Below are positions 28,501-36,412 of a DNA stretch of 64,000 nt, one piece after another. The position numbers were made by a program, and so were the translations under genes. How positions within the stretch are numbered: the first letter of the stretch is position 1; every line of letters starts with the position of its first letter. This DNA is from Candidatus Multivoradales bacterium (GTDB taxonomy: Bacteria > Acidobacteriota > Thermoanaerobaculia > Multivoradales > J023): NCBI GenBank assembly GCA_965248925.1, contig CBDFLE010000006.1, forward strand, positions 3,401,040-3,465,039, given 5' to 3'. The notes under the pieces are model-generated. The model ran no database searches. It was not told where the DNA came from and was given only the letters and a program-made list of their open reading frames with translations.

Positions 28501-31014
28501 ACTCTCGCCGAGCCCACGCAGCCGTTCGCCCAGGTCGCGCAGCTTCTCTACCATCGCGTCGCTGGCGAAGTAGGCGTTGAGCTGATCGGTGCTCTCGAAG
28601 CTGGCGCCGCGCCGGGTCACGCCGCTGAGAATGCGTTCGGCCGCCGCCAGCAAGCGCCCGGCTTGGCGTTGGCGCTGGTCGAGCAGGGTTTGCTTGCGTG
28701 AACTGAAGGCCTCGTAGACCTCTTCGCGCTTGGTCGCCAGCTCGTCCGTGAACTCGTCGAGTTCGCCGAAGCGGCTCTCCAGCTCTTCCAGCTGAAGCAT
28801 CAACTTGGCCAGCTGAGCGTCGCATTTCTCCGGTGTGCCGGCCAGACCGAGAGCGCCGGTGACCGCCTGGGCGAAGAGTTTGAACTGGGCGCCGAACTCG
28901 GCCTTGCCCTCCTCGGTGCGCAGCTCGCGGTGGCGGTTCTCGACCAACGCCCGAGCCCGGTTGAGCGTCGCCAGCACCTCGGAGATGGACTCTAGGATCT
29001 GGGTACGGACGGTGGCATCGTCGATGTCGAGCCCGCTGACCACTTCGGTGAGCAACTCCTGGTTGGCGCTGATCTGCGCCAGTTCGGTGGTGATTTGCTC
29101 GACTTCGCTGGCCTTGGTGGCGGTCTCGCCTTGTTCGGCGAGTTCGGCCAGCCGCTGGTGGTAGGGGGCCAAAGCGTCGTCGGCGAGGAGGAACTCGGTG
29201 GCTCTACCGGAGAGGGTTTCGATTTCTTCCAGCACCCGGGCTTCGAGACCAGCGATGCGCTGCAAATCGGCGTAGCGCACCTCCTGCAAGGAAATCAGGT
29301 GGCCGCGTTGGCGGCGTAGGCCGGCCAATGCCTCGACAAAGGGATCAATGCTGTCGATGGCGCTATGGCGCAGCTCGGACCACAGAGCCTCGAGGGTGCT
29401 TTCTGCCTCGTCCACCGCTGCTCGCGCCTGGCGCCGCAGGGCTTCGACCTTCTCGAATTCGTCGATGATCAGCTCGGCGCTGGCTCGTAGCTCGCCCAGC
29501 GGGGTGCCGAGGTCGCCGACTTCCTGGTGGCCGTACCAGTAGTAGTTGTCGGCAGCACGGGTGGCGGCGGCGATCAGCTCTTCGTAGATCGCCGCGCTGG
29601 GCTGCTGTTCGTCGACCATGCGGCGCAAGCTGAAGGCGTCGCTAATGCCGCGCACCAACTCGGCGTTGCCGACTTTGTCCAGGAACGAACCACTGGCTGG
29701 TGCCGCCGCGGCGTGCTCGTCGCTGGTGAAGGGGGTCTGCCAGATCTGCATCGGGTGAACCCGAGTGGGTTCGTCGGAGTCAGCGCGGAACACCACTAGC
29801 CGGCCGTCGCTGAAGAGGGAGTAGCCGTGGCAGTGGATCGGATTCTGCACTTCTTTGCGGATCAGGTTGTAGGGCAGCAGGATCGAACGTCCTTCCTGGC
29901 GCTCGTGAAAGACGTAGAGCACATCTTCGCCGTTGGGTGATCGAACTCGGCGCAGAAACTCCATGTCGGCGACTTCGCCATCGAAGGCTTTGACCTCGCC
30001 GCTCTGTAAGGTGTAGCCGCCCGGAAAAACGATGCCGTGGTCCTCGGGCAGTTGCTGGCAGGCCTGGCCGATGGCGTCGAGCCGCACCACTGTCTGAGTG
30101 CGGGTGTTGAACACCAAGTAGCGGTGCTCGGCCTCTTTGTAAGGCAGCACCTCGATCAGGATCAGCACCCCGAGCTGGGCCCAGCGGACGGTGGCGTCGG
30201 CCAGCGATTGGTTGGGCTCGTCGACCGGTTCACGGTAGATGCCGCGGCCGTCCTCGGTGTTGTCTTCGACCTTCACTGTCAAGTCGCCGCCGACGGTTTC
30301 GACGAACACTAAGTCGAGGATCGAGATGTGTGGATGGCGACCGAGGACGTGGTCGTCGCGGCTGGTTTCGGTCCACTCGAAGTCGTGGGCTGGTGGGAAG
30401 AGGTGATCGCGCTCGCCACGGTTGTCGAGGTAGGTGACCTCGCCTGCCGGGCTCACCGCCCAGCGGAATGCCTTGAGGTCGCCAGCTCCTGCGCCGATTT
30501 GGAACACCGCCACGATGCGCCCCCCGCTGCGCATCAACTGCAAGAGGCGAGTGTCTTTGTAGTAGCGGTAGAGTTCGTGGAACTCTCCTACGAAGCGCTT
30601 TTCGGCGAGGAAATTACCGGGCTCGTCGGTGGCCACCGGTTGGAAGGCAAAGCCATCTTCAGTGGCGGCGAAGCGGTAGAGGCTGAAGACATCGTCGATG
30701 CGGGTGTCCCGCTTCAGGCCGATGAAGACGTTGTAGCCGAAGAGCAGCAGCTCGCCGACCTCGATGATGTCGCGCGGCACCGAGTTGTTGTCGGTGCGGA
30801 TGCGCTCGTTACCGATGACCTCCAGCTCGCTGCCGCCGAAAAGCTCAGTGCGCTGCTGATTGAGCTGGCCGGCCCGTTCACCGAGCCGGCTGGCGTGCTC
30901 CTCGAGCCGGGCGCGGAGGATCTCGTAGGTGCCCTGGTCGAGGCGCGGCGCGGCGTCCTCAGCTGCCCCGTCGGTCGCTGGTGTTGCCGCCGTGGGTGTC
31001 TTTTCCTCACTCAT
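25507..31014 (-). CDS. giant (1835 aa) coiled-coil protein with an embedded MoxR/AAA_5-type ATPase module; function unknown
   Basis: Walker A 'LLISPPGYGKTTL'. Walker B-like 'VLLYLDDIQH'. AAA_5-like 'RFAITMAGNPY…PDMLANRADVY' at ~aa 1290-1450. Long heptad-like helical regions (aa ~480-1250 and the C-terminus). Immediately downstream of the flotillin gene with a 10 bp gap. Confidence 0.8.
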   Translation of the reverse strand: MSEEKTPTAATPATDGAAEDAAPRLDQGTYEILRARLEEHASRLGERAGQLNQQRTELFGGSELEVIGNERIRTDNNSVPRDIIEVGELLLFGYNVFIGLKRDTRIDDVFSLYRFAATEDGFAFQPVATDEPGNFLAEKRFVGEFHELYRYYKDTRLLQLMRSGGRIVAVFQIGAGAGDLKAFRWAVSPAGEVTYLDNRGERDHLFPPAHDFEWTETSRDDHVLGRHPHISILDLVFVETVGGDLTVKVEDNTEDGRGIYREPVDEPNQSLADATVRWAQLGVLILIEVLPYKEAEHRYLVFNTRTQTVVRLDAIGQACQQLPEDHGIVFPGGYTLQSGEVKAFDGEVADMEFLRRVRSPNGEDVLYVFHERQEGRSILLPYNLIRKEVQNPIHCHGYSLFSDGRLVVFRADSDEPTRVHPMQIWQTPFTSDEHAAAAPASGSFLDKVGNAELVRGISDAFSLRRMVDEQQPSAAIYEELIAAATRAADNYYWYGHQEVGDLGTPLGELRASAELIIDEFEKVEALRRQARAAVDEAESTLEALWSELRHSAIDSIDPFVEALAGLRRQRGHLISLQEVRYADLQRIAGLEARVLEEIETLSGRATEFLLADDALAPYHQRLAELAEQGETATKASEVEQITTELAQISANQELLTEVVSGLDIDDATVRTQILESISEVLATLNRARALVENRHRELRTEEGKAEFGAQFKLFAQAVTGALGLAGTPEKCDAQLAKLMLQLEELESRFGELDEFTDELATKREEVYEAFSSRKQTLLDQRQRQAGRLLAAAERILSGVTRRGASFESTDQLNAYFASDAMVEKLRDLGERLRGLGESVRAEELASKLKSAREDAARAMRDRRDIFEDGATVIKLGRHRFSVNTQPFDLTLVPRGESMAFYLTGTDFHAPIDDPAIDDARDYWHQLLISENDQVYRGEYLASEILRAAEQGDGEIDLHSLSEARLQEGGLLELVRRLAGQRYDEGYERGVHDHDAARILEHLVELRAAAGLLRFAASPRAAAALFWAELGADPRTAGWHRRARSLTRLRETLRHSPAIGELTRELAAAIATFHQDHRLELAQADAHTAGAYLFAVLGVERPSFVLSADAQGLIEALQGELGKGKKGLLTDLEALGDALAERRQLATAWLGALIANDPKLAEQAPALDEAVTALLTDGNLERHSSVAQQSATVEGLLGQHPRIKRRCLPLRLDELLARTAVFRDQHIPGFRRFQELRHRLLEEEKQRLRLDEFRPRVMSAFVRNQLINDVYLPLVGDNLAKQLGATGEDKRTDQMGLLLLISPPGYGKTTLMEYIANRLGLVFVKINGPALGHGVTSLDPAEAPNATARQEVEKISFALEMGNNVLLYLDDIQHTHPELLQKFISLCDAQRRMEGVWRDRARTYDLRGKRFAITMAGNPYTESGDKFQIPDMLANRADVYNLGDVLAGKGDLFALSFLENALTSNPVLAPLGSRERGDIAKLVRMAGGDSATTPDQLDHPYSAVELEEVLSVLSKLLRVREVLLAVNRQYIDSAAQDDAYRTEPKFQLQGSYRNMNKLAEKVVPVMNQAELEALIDDHYQGEAQTLTSGAEANLLKLAELRGHLTPEQSKRWEEIKRGFARVQAMGGDDDPTSRVVGQLSLMSEQLGSLARTLDQAAAQAAQPAAESTGPDLSSALEPWIKKLDNTLTALAEVSQRPAPETQVPAPIPPAVDLKEIQRLLDHGLKGLGSALQSAVRKTPIAAAPRGGQVIQTLGSGVLEILTRMVSNVDSSLLPAVQALAKSLKAADGNQAKRLRHELDKTLKNLDMLKDLLAALRKIDTGGLAGAQKASKPRDQP

Positions 31015-31024
31015 GGCGCCCTCC

Positions 31025-32977
31025 TCAGGAGTCGCCGAGATCTGTCAGCTTGGCACTGCCGAGCCCCAGCTTTTGGGCGACTTCGGCCAACTCGCCGAGC
31101 TTCGCCTTTTGCTCGCCACCGCTAGTTGCCATCAGCTTCATCAACAACGCGGAAACGGTGAGGTTCTGCACCTCGCCGGGGGAGATAGCAGCGTTGGACA
31201 GCACATCCTTGAGATCGGCGGTTAGGCTTCTATCGCCCTGCAAGTAGTCGCGGAAAGCGGTCTGCACGGTACCGCTCTTGGAGACGAAGCCGTCGACCGC
31301 GCGGCCTGCCGACATGGCACCCACCAGGCGATCGAAGAACACGCTCTCACCACCGACGATATCGATCTTGGCGTTTTCCAAGCCCTTGGAGATGATTTCG
31401 GCTTGAGCCTCGGCGATCTGCCGTTGGTTGTCGATCGCCGACAGTTCGATCTCTTTGCCGGCGGCGAGGCGCAGGCGATATTCCTCGTGCTCGCGGCTGG
31501 CGCCGTCGAGAGCTTTCATTGCCGCCGCCTTCTCGGTCAAACCGGCAGCTTCGCCTTTGAGCTTTTCTTCGATGGCGGTGGCTTCGGCGAGCCCGTGCTC
31601 GCGCAGCACCCGCGCCTTGGCCAGGCCCATCTTCTCGGTGGCTTCGGCGTCGCGATCTTTGACTTCCACCGCTGCCAGGCCGGCGGCGGCGGTTTCCGCC
31701 TGGATGCCCTCGGCGAGGCGGATTTTGCCCTTGGCTAGGCGTTCGGTGGCTTGCAGCTCGGCGTCGGCCATCACCAGCAGTTCGCGGGCTTTGAACTCGG
31801 CTGCTTTCTCGGCTGCCTCAGCGGCCTTGATGTCTTTGACCAGCAACTCCTGGGCGGCGCCCTCGGCGGTGATGATGGTGGCTTGCTTGGTGCGATCGGC
31901 CTCCTCGACCATGCGCAGCCGTTTGATCTCTTCTTCCTTCTCGGCGACAGTGCAGTCCACCGCCACCCGCTCGCGGATGACGTTGGCGATTTCCCGTTTC
32001 TCGTACTCGACCTCTTTGTCTTTGGCGATGCGTTGCAGCTCGGTCTCGCGCTCGCGGGCGATGACCTCGATCAAGCGGTCCTTCTCGACCCGCTCGGTTT
32101 CTACCGCCACCACCCGCTCGCGGTTCTTGGCCGCGACCTGGACCTCGCGGTCTAGATTTTCCTGCTGCACCGCCACGATCTCTTCGGTCTTCAGCCGTGC
32201 TTGCTCGGCTTTGAGCTGCTCTTCGGCCTGCACTTTCAAGGTCTCGGCTTGCTCGCGGGCTTGCACCGTCTGGATCTCGCGCTGCTGCCGGGCCAGGGCC
32301 TCGGCCTTCTGGCGCTCGAGTTCGAAGATCGCCTCGGCGGCTTCGACATCCTGCTTGGTGATCTGTTTCTTTTCGGTATTCTGGAACTCGTTGGTGCGGA
32401 CGTGTTCGATCGAAGTCAGCTCGGTGATTTTGCGGATTCCCTGGGCATCGAGAATGTTGAATTCGTCGAGCTGCCGTAGCGGTGTCTGCTCGAGGTAGTC
32501 GATGGCAGCGTCTTCCAAGGAGTAACCGTTCAGGTCGGTGCCGATCAAATCGATGATCTGGTCGCGGAACTCGTTGCGCATGGTGTAGAGGTCAACGAAA
32601 TCAAGCTGCTTGCCAACCGTCTTGAGGGCTTCTGAGAATTTGGCCGAGAAGAGCTGCTCCATGGTCTGTTGGTCGGAAGCGCGCTCGCAGCCGATCGCCT
32701 GCGCCACTTTGATGACATCGTCGACGGTCTTATTGACCCGCACAAAAAAAGTAACTTTGATGTCGGCGCGGATGTTGTCGCGGCAGATCAGACCTTCCGT
32801 TCCGCGGCGATCGATTTCGATCGTCTTGACCGAGATATCCATCATTTCCGCTTTATGGACCACCGGCCAGACCATGCGGCCGGTGAAGCTCACGTTGACG
32901 CTCTCCGAACCCACGCGGCTGACGATCAGCGCGCGACCCTGTTTGACTTTGATGATTCCGAATCCCAAAAGTGGCAT
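31025..32977 (-). CDS. flotillin / SPFH (band-7) family protein (YqiK-like)
   Basis: N-terminus 'MPLLGFGIIKVKQGRALIVSRVG…' plus a PHB domain, followed by a long Ala/Glu-rich coiled-coil (EAxxA repeats) and a C-terminal tail. Confidence 0.85.
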   Translation of the reverse strand: MPLLGFGIIKVKQGRALIVSRVGSESVNVSFTGRMVWPVVHKAEMMDISVKTIEIDRRGTEGLICRDNIRADIKVTFFVRVNKTVDDVIKVAQAIGCERASDQQTMEQLFSAKFSEALKTVGKQLDFVDLYTMRNEFRDQIIDLIGTDLNGYSLEDAAIDYLEQTPLRQLDEFNILDAQGIRKITELTSIEHVRTNEFQNTEKKQITKQDVEAAEAIFELERQKAEALARQQREIQTVQAREQAETLKVQAEEQLKAEQARLKTEEIVAVQQENLDREVQVAAKNRERVVAVETERVEKDRLIEVIARERETELQRIAKDKEVEYEKREIANVIRERVAVDCTVAEKEEEIKRLRMVEEADRTKQATIITAEGAAQELLVKDIKAAEAAEKAAEFKARELLVMADAELQATERLAKGKIRLAEGIQAETAAAGLAAVEVKDRDAEATEKMGLAKARVLREHGLAEATAIEEKLKGEAAGLTEKAAAMKALDGASREHEEYRLRLAAGKEIELSAIDNQRQIAEAQAEIISKGLENAKIDIVGGESVFFDRLVGAMSAGRAVDGFVSKSGTVQTAFRDYLQGDRSLTADLKDVLSNAAISPGEVQNLTVSALLMKLMATSGGEQKAKLGELAEVAQKLGLGSAKLTDLGDS

Positions 32978-33077
32978 CTGCGTCTCCTCTAGGCTGTGGT
33001 CGCTACCGGGCTATAGTTCGGTCCGAGAAGCGGGGTAAAGACTCAAGTGAAGTGCTGTTCCTGGGCGGCAGCCGTGA

Positions 33078-33854
33078 TTAGGTAGTTTCACTTTCGCCAT
33101 CATCTCTCAGTTGATCGCGAGCGGCGGTGACCAGGAAGACTTCACGATCCTTGTCATAGTCGAAAATCAAGGCTTGGCTGTTGCGGCGCAACTCGTTTGG
33201 CAGCCGGGCGCGCACCTGGAGCAACAGCGAAGCACCGTCATCGTGCAACTCTGCTTGGCCGAAGTTCTCATCGACCCGCTGGGTAGTGACCCGGCACAGC
33301 CGACCCACCAGTTCCCGGCGTCGCCGTGCCGGTGCCGGCACCATCAGCTTGCGCACCGGTTTGATCGCCACGGCGGTGGCCGTTACCGCCAGGGTGATCG
33401 CAGCGGCGGTCACCACCAGGGCCAAGACAGCGCCCTTCAACGCCAGCTGTTTCATCTGTGGCAACAGCTCCATGCCAGCATAAGTGAACAACCAGGCAAA
33501 GAAAATCAAGAGGCTGAAGGTGATTGAAACTGGCACCTCGCCAATCCCTAGCATGCCCATCAACCCGTGGTGCGAAGAACCGCCGTGAGCGCCATCTGCG
33601 CCGTCGGCAACCTCTCCCAGGCCTGCACCGAGACTCTCTCCCAAACCCTCTCCAAGAGCTTCGGCGGCACCCTCCGCAATCCCCTCGACTGCCCCTTCGG
33701 CGGCTCCCTCCAGGCCCTCCAACATGTCGAAGTTGAGACCGGTGAAGAAAGAGAGCAACCAGTAGAGGCTAATCAAGATCAGCAAAACGCTGAAGATCGC
33801 CGTCGGCAATGAGAAGGCGGCGTCGATGAATTCGCTGAGTGATTCGGGCATCAT
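33078..33854 (-). CDS. NfeD/YqiJ-like membrane protein (flotillin partner)
   Basis: N-terminal TM helices, a Gly/Ala/Glu-rich linker and a C-terminal OB-like soluble domain. Sits upstream of the flotillin gene as in yqiJ-yqiK. Confidence 0.65.
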   Translation of the reverse strand: MMPESLSEFIDAAFSLPTAIFSVLLILISLYWLLSFFTGLNFDMLEGLEGAAEGAVEGIAEGAAEALGEGLGESLGAGLGEVADGADGAHGGSSHHGLMGMLGIGEVPVSITFSLLIFFAWLFTYAGMELLPQMKQLALKGAVLALVVTAAAITLAVTATAVAIKPVRKLMVPAPARRRRELVGRLCRVTTQRVDENFGQAELHDDGASLLLQVRARLPNELRRNSQALIFDYDKDREVFLVTAARDQLRDDGESETT

Positions 33855-34064
33855 GATGTGGTGGCCGCCGCATGCCGGACCTCGAAGCAGGACTCGACCG
33901 AGTGGGACGATGGTCGCCGCGGCCTTGATCGACCGAATCTCAGTTCGCGAACCGGCTTGGTTTGAAGTACGGGGAACCGAACCGGGCTATTCGCCGGCTG
34001 GACGAGGAGCAGCGCGGGGATGGCGATGGCTGCCGCTCCTGCGCTGGTGATCAACCTCTGCTCC

Positions 34065-36344
34065 TCAGTAGCCCCACTCTGGCCACAGGGCTTCGGTGCC
34101 GGTGACCTTGCCCAGGCCCTCACAGTACATCCGCATGGTTTCCACCAGACCGGGCTCGAGCACATGCTTGCCCTCGGCAGTGCGGCGGAAAAGGTGTTTC
34201 CAGGTCTCCAGCGTGCCCAGCTCGATCTGACGGCCGCGGAGCTGGTCGGTCAGCCGCCCCAGGCGATAAAGCAGCGCCACCGTACCGCAGGTGGTGAAAT
34301 ACGAACCAGCTTTCAGGGAGTCGATCCACTCTGCGAGATCGGTGGCGCTGGTGAAGCGGTGTACCGAGTCTGCGAGTTCCGGGGAAGGTTCGGTGGCGCA
34401 GCTGACCAAGGCATGGGGCCGCAGGTCGAGGAAGCCGTTGTTGCTGATCACCCAATCGCGGATGACGGCGATCTCAAGGTTGAGCGGTTCGGCGACTTGG
34501 GCCAAAGTGCGGTGTAGGTCGCCGGAGTTGCTCATCGCGAGGTCTAGTGGCGCCAAGTAGGGGCCGACCAGGAGTCGATTGGCATCGCTGTCCGGTTGCT
34601 GATAGACGATGGGCGTACCTAATGAGGTGATCGTTTGAATGTAGTCGCGGATTGCGTCGGTGACCTGTTTGAGGAAATGGTCGCGGCCGGGTCGATCACT
34701 TTCGGTCGCTGGAGCCTCGAGGCCGAGCAGGCGGCCGGTCGCGGCGGGGCTGTCGATTTCGCAAAGTTGGCCGAAGAGGTTTGCCAGCCGGCTGGGATCG
34801 AGATCTTCGAGATTCTCGAAGCAGGGTAGCGCGGTGTGCTGCCAGAAGAAGCTCTCGAGGTCCGTCGCTGCCTCGTTCAGCAGTCCATCGTCAAACTCAT
34901 CGAGGTGCCGGGCGAGGTCCAGCAGCCGCAGCAGCAACATCAGCAGGCCGAGTTCATGCAGCCGTGCTTGGTGGGTCGACGAGCCCAAAGCCTGGAAAGC
35001 CTGCGGGCAGAAGGTCCCCAGATGGGCGCGTTCGAGTTCAGGAGTATTTGCTAGCAAGCGCAGGGCGAAAGCGGCGTTCTCAGTCTCTTCGTAGTACGAG
35101 ATCTTGTCTTGGAACCAATCGCGGCGACGCTCGGTGCCAAATACCGCGTGGCGCACCAGCACGACAGCGAGTTCTTCCGGGATCGCCACCTTCATGACGT
35201 TGTAGAGGGCAACGCAGTTGGCGACCGAGAATAGGCCGTTCTCGCCTGAGCGTACCGCGGCGTCGACCCGCAGCTCGCGGCCGGCGCCAAAGTTCAAGCG
35301 TTGAAGGGCGGTGCCATCGATGGGCACCTGTGCGGTGGGGTAGAGGCGGATCTTGCCGCTCTCCAAATCGCTCGCAGGCAGCACTGGCTGGTCGCTATTG
35401 GCGATCGACGATAGGCCCCGATGCACCGCCCGGCCCAGCGCTAGTTGGCAGTTGAAGTCCACTGTATCGATGCCGATCGCCGCGGCGGTCACCAGAGCGT
35501 CGAAACCGTTGTCCAGATACAACTGGGTGAGGTCGTCGGCGAAGAACTTCTTGTCGACCAGCTTCTTGCCCAGGGCGCTGTGGGCAAAGCCCAGACGAAT
35601 CTCAGGGACGACACCATCGACCCGGTACATGCCACCGACCGCGGTAGTGTGGGCGATCACCACATAGCGGGCATGCTGCTGCTGGATCTCGGCCAGGCCG
35701 CTGACAAAACGATGCAGGTATTGCGTCTTGATGCGCTGCGGGACTCGGTGGTCGACAACGTTCTCAGTGGCGATCAGCCGATCGATCACCCCCAGGGTGT
35801 AGGTGGCCACGGAGGGCAGCGGAATTGCCACCACCACAGCGTGCAGCAGGTGGTCGTCGAGGCCGCGGACGAACTCCAGGAAGGGTTGGGGCTGGGCCAG
35901 GAAGTAGCTGACCATGGACCTCTCTAAGTCGAAACGGTCTCCTTGCTCAAGTCGCGCCGCCTGTAGGTTCTGAACCAAGTTCTCCGGCAATGCCAAATGC
36001 AGCAGCGAGAAATGCAGGTCGATACAGCTGTCGACTCGGTAGTGCTGTCGGGGCTCGATTTCTTCGACCGTGGTCAGCCTTCCCATGGCTAGACGCAGCC
36101 GTTGCGCGAACAGATCGATCTCCTCGGTGGTTGAGCCGGTGGCATGGACCTCGACCCGCAGTTGCTGCGGCCTGAAGCGCTTCGAGCGCAGGCTCAACCG
36201 GCAGAGTTCGAGGATGGTCGCCCCACCCACCGCGCCGGTACCACCGAAGATCACCAGGCGGATCGGCTCGTCTTCGCCACCGGGTAAGAGGCGATGTGCA
36301 AGCAGGTGTTCCAGGGATTCGAACTCGTGATACAGCGTCCGCAT
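34065..36344 (-). CDS. hypothetical 759-aa protein with an N-terminal NAD(P)-binding Rossmann motif
   Basis: 'LVIFGGTGAVGGATI' is a GxGxxG dinucleotide-binding fingerprint. The rest is unrecognised. Lies 68 bp downstream of the NACHT gene on the same strand. Confidence 0.65.
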   Translation of the reverse strand: MRTLYHEFESLEHLLAHRLLPGGEDEPIRLVIFGGTGAVGGATILELCRLSLRSKRFRPQQLRVEVHATGSTTEEIDLFAQRLRLAMGRLTTVEEIEPRQHYRVDSCIDLHFSLLHLALPENLVQNLQAARLEQGDRFDLERSMVSYFLAQPQPFLEFVRGLDDHLLHAVVVAIPLPSVATYTLGVIDRLIATENVVDHRVPQRIKTQYLHRFVSGLAEIQQQHARYVVIAHTTAVGGMYRVDGVVPEIRLGFAHSALGKKLVDKKFFADDLTQLYLDNGFDALVTAAAIGIDTVDFNCQLALGRAVHRGLSSIANSDQPVLPASDLESGKIRLYPTAQVPIDGTALQRLNFGAGRELRVDAAVRSGENGLFSVANCVALYNVMKVAIPEELAVVLVRHAVFGTERRRDWFQDKISYYEETENAAFALRLLANTPELERAHLGTFCPQAFQALGSSTHQARLHELGLLMLLLRLLDLARHLDEFDDGLLNEAATDLESFFWQHTALPCFENLEDLDPSRLANLFGQLCEIDSPAATGRLLGLEAPATESDRPGRDHFLKQVTDAIRDYIQTITSLGTPIVYQQPDSDANRLLVGPYLAPLDLAMSNSGDLHRTLAQVAEPLNLEIAVIRDWVISNNGFLDLRPHALVSCATEPSPELADSVHRFTSATDLAEWIDSLKAGSYFTTCGTVALLYRLGRLTDQLRGRQIELGTLETWKHLFRRTAEGKHVLEPGLVETMRMYCEGLGKVTGTEALWPEWGY

Positions 36345-36412
36345 TATGTGTTCCCATTCTAGTATCGAGTTTGATGCCGATCATAGCCGCAGAGGGGGAT
36401 CTTGAGAAGGGT

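Noticed and set aside
28154-28825. 223-aa minus-strand Arg-rich ORF in an alternative frame inside the giant ATPase gene
   Set aside because: Alternative frame inside a well-supported giant CDS, with Arg-rich composition typical of spurious high-GC ORFs.
31428-32498. 356-aa plus-strand Ser/Ala/Arg-rich ORF opposite the flotillin gene
   Set aside because: It is the mirror image of the flotillin coiled-coil (GCC/GAG repeats read antisense). The sequence is low-complexity with no start context.
36300-36320. tRNA T-arm-like string gggattcgaactcg
   Set aside because: It lies inside the 759-aa CDS on the coding strand, with no acceptor-stem or anticodon-arm complementarity around it. No cloverleaf can be drawn.
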